A stretch of DNA of 64,000 nucleotides. Origin: an uncultured Victivallales bacterium (GTDB lineage Bacteria > Verrucomicrobiota > Kiritimatiellia > UBA8416). The notes beneath the pieces were generated by a model that was given only the letters and a program-made list of their open reading frames with translations, was not told where the DNA came from and searched no databases. Location of the stretch: positions 7,324 to 71,323 of the forward strand of contig CAZSRU010000001.1 of NCBI GenBank assembly GCA_964609395.1, read 5' to 3'. A program made the translations under genes and the position numbers. This document shows positions 56,466 to 64,000 of the stretch, piece by piece; position 1 is the stretch's first letter, and each line of letters starts with the position of its first letter.

Positions 56466-57644
56466 ATGACAAGTAAACAGCATTCAGCAGTGAGTGTGGC
56501 CGCGGCCGGGGGGAGTTTAAAAATGCATGTGTTGCGTGTGTCCTTCATGTCACTGCTGCTGGTGGTCTCGCTGGTTCCGTTGAATGTGCAGGGGACGTCA
56601 CTTTCGCGCATCAAGGATATTGCCCGCATTGTCGGTCTCGATGATCTTGAACTGGTGGGCTACGGTCTGGTGATTGGGCTAGGTGCCAGTGGTGATCGGG
56701 ATTTGACGATGACGCAGCAGACGATGGCGAATCTGCTCAATCAGTTTCAGATCACGGTTCCGCCTTCGGAAATCAATGGGCAGAATGTGGCGGCAGTCAT
56801 TGTTACCGCCCGTGTAAAACCGTTTTTTCACGAGGGTGACCGTGTGGATATCCAGGTGATGTCGATCGGCGATGCCGCCTCACTTGCTGGCGGTACGCTT
56901 CTGATGACCCCGCTTCTGGCACCGGATGGAAAAGTTTCCGCGCTGGCTCAAGGCTCGCTGACGGTGGGGGGGTTTAGCGTTGGGGCCGATACGCCGGGGG
57001 GGCAGCAACTCAGCCGTAATACGCCTACATCCGGGCGTGTCCCGGGGGGGGCGTCGTTACGTTTCGCTGATCGCCGTGCGTGGGCTCGCGATGGGGTGCT
57101 GACGCTGTCATTGCGGCATCCTGATTTCAGTACCGCCACGCGTGTCGCGTCGGCAATTAATGCCGTGCACCCTGGCGTTGCCGGTGCCCGTGATGCCGCC
57201 ACCGTTGATGTCCGTGTGCCTGAGAATGCCCTCGAGATGGGGCGTGTTGCCGTGTTTGTCGCCAGTATTGAGAATGCACGAGTGCAGACCGATATGCAGG
57301 CGAAGCTGCTGCTGAATGAACGCACCGGTACGATTGTCATCGGCGGCGATATCTATATTCACCCGGCCGTGGTGGCGCACGGTAATCTGACCGTTTCAAT
57401 CAAGTCACGCCTCGCGGTCTCGCAGCCGGAACCCTTTTCGGAGGGACAGACGGTCGTGACTGAAGATATGCAGGTTGGCGTCAAGCAGGATGATGCCCGC
57501 GTCATGATGTTGCCGGAAGTGACCACGGTAAAGAGGTTGGCCGACACGTTGACTCAAATGGGTGGGACGCCGCAGGACTTGATCTCGATTCTCCAGGCAT
57601 TGCATCGCCTTGGAGCGCTACAGGTTGAAATCGAGACAATGTGA
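56466..57644 (+). CDS. flgI: Flagellar P-ring protein FlgI
   Basis: 392 aa; signal peptide plus conserved FlgI core (DIARIVG...LVGYGLVIGL, final ALQVEIETM). Confidence 0.9.
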   Translation: MTSKQHSAVSVAAAGGSLKMHVLRVSFMSLLLVVSLVPLNVQGTSLSRIKDIARIVGLDDLELVGYGLVIGLGASGDRDLTMTQQTMANLLNQFQITVPPSEINGQNVAAVIVTARVKPFFHEGDRVDIQVMSIGDAASLAGGTLLMTPLLAPDGKVSALAQGSLTVGGFSVGADTPGGQQLSRNTPTSGRVPGGASLRFADRRAWARDGVLTLSLRHPDFSTATRVASAINAVHPGVAGARDAATVDVRVPENALEMGRVAVFVASIENARVQTDMQAKLLLNERTGTIVIGGDIYIHPAVVAHGNLTVSIKSRLAVSQPEPFSEGQTVVTEDMQVGVKQDDARVMMLPEVTTVKRLADTLTQMGGTPQDLISILQALHRLGALQVEIETM

Positions 57645-57650
57645 GCGATT

Positions 57651-57965
57651 TTGGGGGCGCAGATGGATATTCAAATCAATGCCGTGAGCGAAGACGTACC
57701 TCGAAACCGCTCGGAAAACAAGGCTCCTGCGGATTTGCGGGCGGCCTGCCAGCAGTTCGAAGGTCTGTTGGTGGGGATGATTTTGAAGGAAAGTTTGCGT
57801 GTATCATTCAGTGAGCCGGATGAAGATACCGCAACCGGTTTGGACGGATTCCGTGATTTCTGCATCGAACAGGTGGCGTCGTCATTGGCCGAGACCTCAT
57901 CGCTGGGTATTGCCGACCAGTTGTTGGAACAAGTTGATGTTCGAGTGAAGCGGGAGGGGATATGA
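57651..57965 (+). CDS. Rod-binding protein (FlgJ N-terminal domain only, no muramidase domain)
   Basis: LRAACQQFEGLLVGMILKESLR and GLDGFRDFCIEQVASSLAETSSLGIADQLLEQ match the Rod_binding/FlgJ N-domain. Confidence 0.7.
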   Translation: MGAQMDIQINAVSEDVPRNRSENKAPADLRAACQQFEGLLVGMILKESLRVSFSEPDEDTATGLDGFRDFCIEQVASSLAETSSLGIADQLLEQVDVRVKREGI

Positions 57966-58351
57966 GTATGTTGGAAGCACGTGAACGGGCCTTGGCTGTT
58001 CTTGAACGGCTCTTCGAGGTTTCCAGCGATTTGCGGGATGCCATGCTTGCCCGGGATACGGAGCGGATCCAGCAGGTGGTGGCTCGACAAGACGAGCTTC
58101 GTTTGCTTGCCCTGCCGTCACCCGCCCTCTCGGAAGATCAGTTGAAGGCGGATCCGGAGGTGGCCTCCTTGGCCAATCGCCTGCATCGGCTTCAGGAATC
58201 CAATCGCCTATTGGCTGCCGCATTTCTGGGTATCTATCGCAATACCTTTAACGCGCTTGCGGGGAAAGCGTCGGATACCGGTCTTTATGGACGCAGCGGG
58301 AATCTGTTGTCAATCCCCCGTGCCTCCATGTTGGTACAGCAGACAGGATAA
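57962..58351 (+). CDS. FlgN-like export chaperone candidate (helical 129 aa protein immediately upstream of flgK)
   Basis: Conserved position (flgN-flgK), all-helical; weak sequence similarity only. Confidence 0.4.
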   Translation: MSMLEARERALAVLERLFEVSSDLRDAMLARDTERIQQVVARQDELRLLALPSPALSEDQLKADPEVASLANRLHRLQESNRLLAAAFLGIYRNTFNALAGKASDTGLYGRSGNLLSIPRASMLVQQTG

Positions 58352-58357
58352 CCCATT

Positions 58358-59815
58358 ATGACACAACCTATCCATGATAGCTGGACCATTGCCCGAAGTG
58401 CGATCCTGACGCATCAGCACCGACTGGCTGTGACGGCTAACAATATCGCGAATGTTGATACCCCCGGCTATTCCCGCCGGACGGTAAGGCTCGGGACCGC
58501 ACCGGAAACCCTGAGTGCGCTGACGCAGACGCGAACCTGGTCTAACGGGGCTGGCGTTCAGGTGTTGGATATTGTTCGTGCATCGAATCAAATGAAAAGC
58601 AATATGCTGCGCCAGCAGTTGTCCGATACGTCAGGGCACCATACCCGCGCCGATGCCCTGGGCAGTCTGGAGTCGCTGATGCGGGAGGATGGCGACAGCG
58701 CACTCGGGGTTCGTCTGGATGCCTTCTGGAATGCGTGGTCTGATCTATCGAATCAGGCGGATAATGTCGGTTTCCGGAGTGTGGTGATCCAGCGAGGCAA
58801 CGAGTTGGCCAGTCATTTGCGTTCGCTTAGTAGTCGTATCGACCGATTTGAGGGCCAGATTATCGGAGGCGCTCCCGGCAATTATACCGGGCAGTTGGCA
58901 AGTGATGTAGACTCATTCAACCGGATGACGACAGAGCTACAGGATTTGAACCGGCAGATCAGTTACGCCTCATCGAGCTTCGACCCCAACTCGCTGATTG
59001 ACCGTCGCGACGTGCTGTTGCGCGAAATCAGTGCGTTTGCAAATGTCACTGTGGGTTCTGACTTTTCCGTGACGCTCGATGGTCAGGCGGTTGTTTCCGG
59101 CGATGGTACGGTTCGTTCCGAACTCGAAATCACCGACGCGGGTCCGCCGCCTCTCTTTGCCCTCGATGGGACGGCGGTCACGCTTTCCTCCGGTCATATC
59201 GGTGCCTGGGTTGATGTGTTGGGAATCTCGACGGTGATGAGCGATCGGCTTGACCTGCTTGCTGTTGATCTGGCCGATGCAGTCAACCGTATCCATAATA
59301 GTGATCTCAATCCTGCTGGCGACAGTTACGATCTTACCGGGCAGCGGTGCGATTGGAATTTCTTTACGGCGACATCGGCTGCCGATATCGCGGTCAACAC
59401 GATCATTTACGATCCGGCAAACCCGATGCAGATGAACCCCGGGTTAATAGCCGCCGCCGGTAGCTTTTATGATGATGGGCTAGGGGTGACAGGGCCGAAT
59501 ACGGGCGACGGTGCTCGTGCACTCCAGATTGCCGAACTTGCCGATGCCACCCGTAGCGCACTCAATGAGCAGGGTTTTGGTGCCTTTCATGTCACGGGGC
59601 TGACGCTGCTCGGCAGCATTATTTCCACCGAACGAACGCTGGGGGATAACGGCGATGCCATTATCGGGGCCATTGAGGATGACCTTCAGTCCGAGATTGG
59701 CGTCAATCTTGATGAAGAGCTAATGGATATGATGTCGGCGCAGCGGGCGTTCCAGGCGGGGGCCAGGCTGCTGCAAACGGTGGATGAAATGCTGCAGACC
59801 ATTTTGAAATTTTAA
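58358..59815 (+). CDS. flgK: Flagellar hook-associated protein 1 FlgK
   Basis: N-terminal rod/hook motif LAVTANNIANVDTPGYSRR; C-terminus MMSAQRAFQAGARLLQTVDEML. Confidence 0.9.
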   Translation: MTQPIHDSWTIARSAILTHQHRLAVTANNIANVDTPGYSRRTVRLGTAPETLSALTQTRTWSNGAGVQVLDIVRASNQMKSNMLRQQLSDTSGHHTRADALGSLESLMREDGDSALGVRLDAFWNAWSDLSNQADNVGFRSVVIQRGNELASHLRSLSSRIDRFEGQIIGGAPGNYTGQLASDVDSFNRMTTELQDLNRQISYASSSFDPNSLIDRRDVLLREISAFANVTVGSDFSVTLDGQAVVSGDGTVRSELEITDAGPPPLFALDGTAVTLSSGHIGAWVDVLGISTVMSDRLDLLAVDLADAVNRIHNSDLNPAGDSYDLTGQRCDWNFFTATSAADIAVNTIIYDPANPMQMNPGLIAAAGSFYDDGLGVTGPNTGDGARALQIAELADATRSALNEQGFGAFHVTGLTLLGSIISTERTLGDNGDAIIGAIEDDLQSEIGVNLDEELMDMMSAQRAFQAGARLLQTVDEMLQTILKF

Positions 59816-59845
59816 CAGAACGTAAACTCGAATCAGGAGGAAAGA

Positions 59846-60001
59846 ATGAAAGCATTCGTTAAGCGGGAAGAGAATTTGAAATCCAAGGTGACGGTCAAGA
59901 AAAGCACGGTGGCTACCGACTGCTTGCAACAGGCAGCCGATTGGCTGGGGCTTTACAGTCGTATTCTTGAGAACCTACAGGTGGCGAGGGCCGCCCGGTG
60001 A
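59846..60001 (+). CDS. Small 51 aa ORF with strong RBS (AGGAGG), stop overlapping the GTG start of the next gene
   Basis: GGAGG 7 nt upstream of the ATG; GTGA overlap with the HAD-like gene; below the ORF-track size cutoff. Confidence 0.35.
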   Translation: MKAFVKREENLKSKVTVKKSTVATDCLQQAADWLGLYSRILENLQVARAAR

Positions 60002-60714
60002 AGACCCCCGGCGAGAATGCAGCTTTGCATGCATCCCGCTCAGCATCTCCAACGGTCATTTGCTGGCTGGATGATGTGCTTTATCCCGCGCGCATGTATC
60101 ATGAAGGTGCCTGTCGCGCCGGGGCGGGATTGCTGCGTCACCTGATCGGTGTCGATATGCATGACGCCCTTTCGGTCTGCTACGTTCCGGGACGAGAAGA
60201 GGATACGGTACGCAAGGTCCTTTCAGGCGTCGGCACGAAAACCGATGAACGGCTCGTCCGCAAGGTTGCCGAGGCCATGGCTGTGCATACACCGCAGGTT
60301 TCCCCCTATGCGGATGCGCTTGAGACCTTTGGGATTCTACAGGCGCTCGGGGTTTCGCTCTGGTTGCTTGGCGAAGGACCGCCACGCGCACAGCGCTTGG
60401 TTGCTGATCGACTGGGGCTTGGCCGCGTGTTTCAGGGGGTGGCTTATTCGGATCCTCACCAGAGTAAATACGAATGGCAGGATTCTCTGATGCTACTGGA
60501 GCTCGCCGCCGGCGTGGAGGCCGATCAGTCCGTGCTGGTGTGTGCCGATCCGGTCCGCGTGGCCGCCATCGCGAAGCAGGGCAGGCGTGTCTATTACCTT
60601 GATCGAAAGGCGGATCCGATCGCCCGCCGCCCGCCGGTTCCTAACGTGATCCCGATGCTGAACCTATACGACCTGCCGGAGGCGCTGGGGTTAGTGGCCT
60701 GGGATCGGAATTGA
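59998..60714 (+). CDS. HAD-superfamily-like hydrolase (degenerate motifs)
   Basis: N-terminal VICWLDDVLYP (motif I-like) and C-terminal VLVCADPVRVAAIAKQG (motif IV-like). Confidence 0.45.
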   Translation: MKTPGENAALHASRSASPTVICWLDDVLYPARMYHEGACRAGAGLLRHLIGVDMHDALSVCYVPGREEDTVRKVLSGVGTKTDERLVRKVAEAMAVHTPQVSPYADALETFGILQALGVSLWLLGEGPPRAQRLVADRLGLGRVFQGVAYSDPHQSKYEWQDSLMLLELAAGVEADQSVLVCADPVRVAAIAKQGRRVYYLDRKADPIARRPPVPNVIPMLNLYDLPEALGLVAWDRN

Positions 60715-60837
60715 CGCGCTCCGTATGTCGCAATAAGCGACAGGAATCAACTGGACCGATGTGTGCGCCTTTTTTGGTTAAAACGTAATATGTTTATAAT
60801 TAGATAGTTGCGCTAATATTCTGACATTGTTAAAGGT

Positions 60838-60853
60838 TGGCACGCATATTGCA
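60838..60853 (+). promoter_or_regulatory. Consensus sigma54 promoter TGGCACGcataTTGCA upstream of rpoN, preceded by a ~60 nt AT-rich tract
   Basis: Perfect match to TGGCACG-N4-TTGCA; 53 nt upstream of the rpoN ATG. Confidence 0.7.
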
Positions 60854-60904
60854 TTGGTAATCATCAACGAAGTGTTGTTAACTACTCTTTGATTGGTGGG
60901 AACC

Positions 60905-62443
60905 ATGAATATAAATTTCAACTTGTCCGGTAACGTCTCCCAGCAGCAGCAGCTTAATCTGGCCCCACAACTGCTGCAATGGCTGCGCCTTCTCCAGGTG
61001 CCGGCGCAGCATTTGGAACAGATGGTTCGGAGTGAGATTGAAACCAATCCCGCGCTGGAAGTCGATGAGAGTGCCCCCGCCGCACCGGATGATGCCGACC
61101 TTTACGCCGAGCCATCGGCGGATGTGCGTGACGCGGATTCCGAGCGTGAAGGCAGGGAATTGGAGGAGCGTTTTGAAATCCTTGCTGAAATCGATTCGCA
61201 ATGGGCGGATGAAAACCGCAATATGGCGGGCGAGGATCTCGGTCGTACGCAGGACCGGATCGACTATCAGTTGCAGTCACTGGTGTCTGCCTCTTCCCTT
61301 CAGGAACATCTTCTTCGCCAGTTGGCGGTGATGAATAAGCCGGATGTCCTGAAGGTCAATGCGGGATTGATTGTTGGAATGCTGGATGAGCGCGGCTATC
61401 TGGACGTCTCGCTGGATGAATTGGCCGAAGAACTCGCACTTGCCGTTGAGGTGGTGGAGGATGCCCTCGCGGTGGTTCAGGAATGTGATCCGATAGGCGT
61501 TGGTGCCCGTGATTTGCGTGAATGCCTTCTCTTGCAGTTATCGCCGACGGACGACGCCCATGCGGTTGCCCGGCGAATCGTATCCCGCTATATCGAGGCG
61601 CTGGCGCGTGGGCAGCTTGAGGGCATCGCCCGTCAGTTGGGGGTGTCTTTGGCCGAGGTTGAGTCGGCAGTAAAGCTGATCCGCACACTCAACCCGACTC
61701 CCGGCAAGACGTTTGAAGAGCAGAAGATGGTTACGCAGACGGTGACGCCCGATATTTCCATCCGGCGCAACGCGGAAGGGGGCTTTGATATTGAAATGGT
61801 TGAACAGTCGCTGCCGCGACTGCGCATCAGCCCCTATTGCCGACGCATGATCGAGCAAGGCGGCTTGTCAAAAACGGATTTGGCCTATATTCGTTCCCGT
61901 ATCCGTGCCGCCTCTTTCCTGATAGAGGGACTTGAAAAACGCGGGTCGACATTGCGGCGCATTGCAGAGGAGATTATCCGCGGCCAGCACCGCTTCCTGC
62001 GGGGGGAGGAAAGCGAGATCCGGCCCCTGACCATGGCCAAGGTGGCGAGCTTTATCGGGGTGCATGACACCACCGTCAGCCGTGCCCTGGCTGACAAGTA
62101 TGTCTCCACGCCGGTTGGCGTGTTGCCCATGAAAGCGTTTTTCTGCACCGGATATCGGTGCGATGATGGCAGTGCCATGACACCGGAAATGGTGCGCCGG
62201 CGCATCGAGCAGATGATTCTCGATGAAGAACCCGGAAAACCGATCAAGGACGAATGTATTGCCGCTCAGTTGCGTGAGAGTGGTGTTGTGGTAGCCCGTC
62301 GTACGGTTGCCAAATATAGAGGCGAATTGGGATTGCCATCATCGAAGGAACGTGCGCAGGCACGCCGCCAGGGCCTACGGGTTATCCATGGCTCCGGCAA
62401 TCCTGCTGCAAGCATCGAACCGGTGGCAGTGGCTTTTGGATAA
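60905..62443 (+). CDS. rpoN: RNA polymerase sigma54 factor RpoN (start at ATG 60905)
   Basis: Region I (LNLAPQLLQWLRLLQVP), core-binding and DNA-binding regions, RpoN box ARRTVAKYR. Confidence 0.95.
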   Translation: MNINFNLSGNVSQQQQLNLAPQLLQWLRLLQVPAQHLEQMVRSEIETNPALEVDESAPAAPDDADLYAEPSADVRDADSEREGRELEERFEILAEIDSQWADENRNMAGEDLGRTQDRIDYQLQSLVSASSLQEHLLRQLAVMNKPDVLKVNAGLIVGMLDERGYLDVSLDELAEELALAVEVVEDALAVVQECDPIGVGARDLRECLLLQLSPTDDAHAVARRIVSRYIEALARGQLEGIARQLGVSLAEVESAVKLIRTLNPTPGKTFEEQKMVTQTVTPDISIRRNAEGGFDIEMVEQSLPRLRISPYCRRMIEQGGLSKTDLAYIRSRIRAASFLIEGLEKRGSTLRRIAEEIIRGQHRFLRGEESEIRPLTMAKVASFIGVHDTTVSRALADKYVSTPVGVLPMKAFFCTGYRCDDGSAMTPEMVRRRIEQMILDEEPGKPIKDECIAAQLRESGVVVARRTVAKYRGELGLPSSKERAQARRQGLRVIHGSGNPAASIEPVAVAFG

Positions 62444-62465
62444 GCATTTGGAGAACGCTGGCGTG

Positions 62466-63182
62466 ATGAATGTAGCCATTATACCTGCACGCGGTGGCAG
62501 TCAACGGATTCCACTCAAGAATATCCGTGAGTTCTGCGGGAAACCGATGCTGGCCTGGTCGATAGAAGCGGCGCTGCAGAGCCGTTGTTTCGCGCGCGTT
62601 ATCGTTTCAACCGATAATCAGGAAATCGCCGATGTGGCCAGGCATTATGGTGCTGAAGTCCCGTTTCTACGGCCGCGTTTGCTGGCCGATGCACACACGG
62701 GATTAGAGGCCGTGATCTGGCACGGGGTTGAATGGCTGGATGCGGCAGGCATGGATCTGAACTATGTCTGCTGTGTTTTTGCAACCGCGCCATTCCTGAC
62801 ATCCGCGGCACTGCGGGACGGCTTGGCTGCTCTAGAGCAGGCTCCGCTCCGCCAGTTTTCAATTTCCGTGACCAGCTATCCATTCCCGGTTCAACGTGCC
62901 GTCCGGATAACCGCCGATGCCTGCATCGAGCCCTTGTATCCTGAATTCATGAAAACCCGGTCGCAGGATTTGGAAAGCGCGTTTCACGAGGCCGGTCAGT
63001 TTTTCTGGGCACGGCCAGAGGCGCTTCGCCAGCGACTATCGGTCTATGCGCCGGGCGCGTCGGCACCGGTTGTGATTCCGCGTTGGCGGGTCCAGGATAT
63101 TGACACCATGGAAGACTGGGCGCAGGCGGAGCTCCTCTTCCGCGCATTAAGGACGGTGCCGGATGATGCGAATTGCATTTAG
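62466..63182 (+). CDS. pseF: CMP-nonulosonic acid synthetase (NeuA/PseF-like acylneuraminate cytidylyltransferase); start moved to ATG 62466
   Basis: N-terminal nucleotide-binding motif VAIIPARGGSQRIPLKNI and the CMP-NeuAc synthetase fold. Confidence 0.75.
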   Translation: MNVAIIPARGGSQRIPLKNIREFCGKPMLAWSIEAALQSRCFARVIVSTDNQEIADVARHYGAEVPFLRPRLLADAHTGLEAVIWHGVEWLDAAGMDLNYVCCVFATAPFLTSAALRDGLAALEQAPLRQFSISVTSYPFPVQRAVRITADACIEPLYPEFMKTRSQDLESAFHEAGQFFWARPEALRQRLSVYAPGASAPVVIPRWRVQDIDTMEDWAQAELLFRALRTVPDDANCI

Positions 63183-64000
63183 AACCGATGCTTCTGTCAA
63201 GATCGGGGTCGGGCATGTGGTTCGTTGCCTGAATCTCGCTCGGGCATTGCGTGCGCAAGGGGAGCAGGTTTCATTCCTGTGCCGGGAGACCGAGGGGCAT
63301 GCCGGAGCGCTGATTGCCGAAAACGGTTTTCCAGTACATCTGCTTCCGGTAACGGACGGCGGCGGGATACATCATCCGCATGGGCAGGGTGCCTGGGGGC
63401 GGCGCGAGGCGTTGATGGATGTCGAGGCTTGTTGCTTGCATCTGAAAGAGCAGATGGATTGGCTTGTCGTTGATCATTACGGTTTGGACGTCTGCTGGGA
63501 AACGGCAATACGAGCCAAGGCGGCGCGGATCATGGTCATTGATGATCTTGCCGACCGCCCGCACGATTGTGAGCTGTTGCTTGATCAGAATCTCCTGCCG
63601 TCACTTGAAACACGCTACCTCCAGCGCGTGCCCACGCACTGTCGTTACCTTTTGGGTCCCGGTTATGCATTGCTCGATGACGCCTTCGGCAGGTTGGCCT
63701 GCCAGGCAGGCGTACGTCACCATGTGCAGCGCCTGCTAGTATTCTTTGGTGGGGGGGATGAAGGCAACCTGACCGCCCGTGCATGGCGTGAATTGGATGA
63801 ACTCGGGCTTGAAGGCGATGTTGTCGTCGGTAGAGCAAATCCTCATCTGCCCGAGGTGGAGTCGCTTTGCAATAAAAATGCGTCTCGCTGGACGCTGCAT
63901 GTGCAGACAAGACAAATGGCGGAATTGATGCTGCAAGCCGATTTGATGGTTGGTGCAGGCGGCTCCACGCACTGGGAACGCTGCCTGCTCGGGTTGCCTT
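63163..64000 (+). CDS. pseG: PseG-like UDP-sugar hydrolase (UDP-2,4-diacetamido-2,4,6-trideoxyhexose hydrolase), 3' partial at window end
   Basis: N-terminus MRIAFRTDASVKIGVGHVVRCLNLARAL and C-terminal GAGGSTHWERCLLGLP match the PseG family; overlaps the pseF stop by 20 nt. Confidence 0.75.
   Translation, partial: MMRIAFRTDASVKIGVGHVVRCLNLARALRAQGEQVSFLCRETEGHAGALIAENGFPVHLLPVTDGGGIHHPHGQGAWGRREALMDVEACCLHLKEQMDWLVVDHYGLDVCWETAIRAKAARIMVIDDLADRPHDCELLLDQNLLPSLETRYLQRVPTHCRYLLGPGYALLDDAFGRLACQAGVRHHVQRLLVFFGGGDEGNLTARAWRELDELGLEGDVVVGRANPHLPEVESLCNKNASRWTLHVQTRQMAELMLQADLMVGAGGSTHWERCLLGLP

Noticed and set aside
57962-58351. Calling 52768-53082 or 57962-58351 as FlgM
   Set aside because: Neither shows the FlgM helix motifs; 57962 fits the FlgN position better, and the ORF after fliA (15957) is the better FlgM candidate

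Overview
The window is a ~64 kb high-GC (about 60%) flagellar and chemotaxis super-locus with almost every gene identifiable. No rRNA, tRNA, CRISPR or transposable element was seen.

Gene content, left to right:
- 1-5.8 kb (minus): chemotaxis operon cheR-cheD-HDOD-cheY-HDOD-cheX-RR-cheB.
- 5.9-16.3 kb (plus): a DUF2225-like zinc-ribbon gene, then the export-gate operon fliOPQR-flhBA-flhF-flhG, a small membrane protein, fliA and a putative flgM.
- 16.3-17.2 kb (minus): cheX-like and cheY.
- 17.3-18.3 kb (plus): flgL.
- 18.3-46.1 kb (minus): one giant co-directional array: flagellin 1, fliD, a PseA-like amidotransferase, a sigma54 two-component pair, a LysM protein, an RR-STAS/TPR-membrane/small-protein module, a second sigma54 two-component pair (FlrBC-like), flgBC-fliEFGHIJ, an MgtE-N-like protein, fliK-flgDE-flbD-motA-motB-motB paralog-fliLMN. 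The Bacillus/spirochete-like order flgE-flbD-motAB-fliLMN is typical of Desulfuromonadales/Geobacter-type delta-proteobacteria (inference).
- 46.5-64 kb (plus): fliW-csrA, flagellin 2, a hypothetical gene, a Maf flagellin glycosyltransferase, fliS, a hypothetical gene, a sigma54-driven small ORF plus lipoprotein, flgF-like-flgG-flgA-flgH-flgI, a rod-binding (FlgJ N-terminal-only) protein, flgN-like, flgK, a small ORF, a HAD-like gene, rpoN, and pseF- and pseG-like genes (window ends inside pseG).

Notable signals:
- Ten near-consensus sigma54 (-24 GG / -12 GC) promoters sit immediately upstream of gene starts; nine share an unusual -12 CTGCT/GTGCT element, and rpoN has a textbook TTGCA copy of its own.
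- Four of them place the -12 C only 14-17 nt before the ATG, predicting leaderless mRNAs (flgL, flgB, fliD, ORF51684).
- Pseudaminic-acid-type flagellin glycosylation genes (maf, pseA-like, pseF-like, pseG-like) are dispersed through the locus.
- Two inverted flagellin paralogs flank fliW-csrA, with CsrA-type GGA sites in the flagellin 2 leader.
- G8-G9 homopolymer tracts could toggle an ORF fusion.
- A partner-switching-like module (receiver-STAS regulator plus TPR membrane protein) is embedded between two sigma54 two-component systems upstream of flgB.
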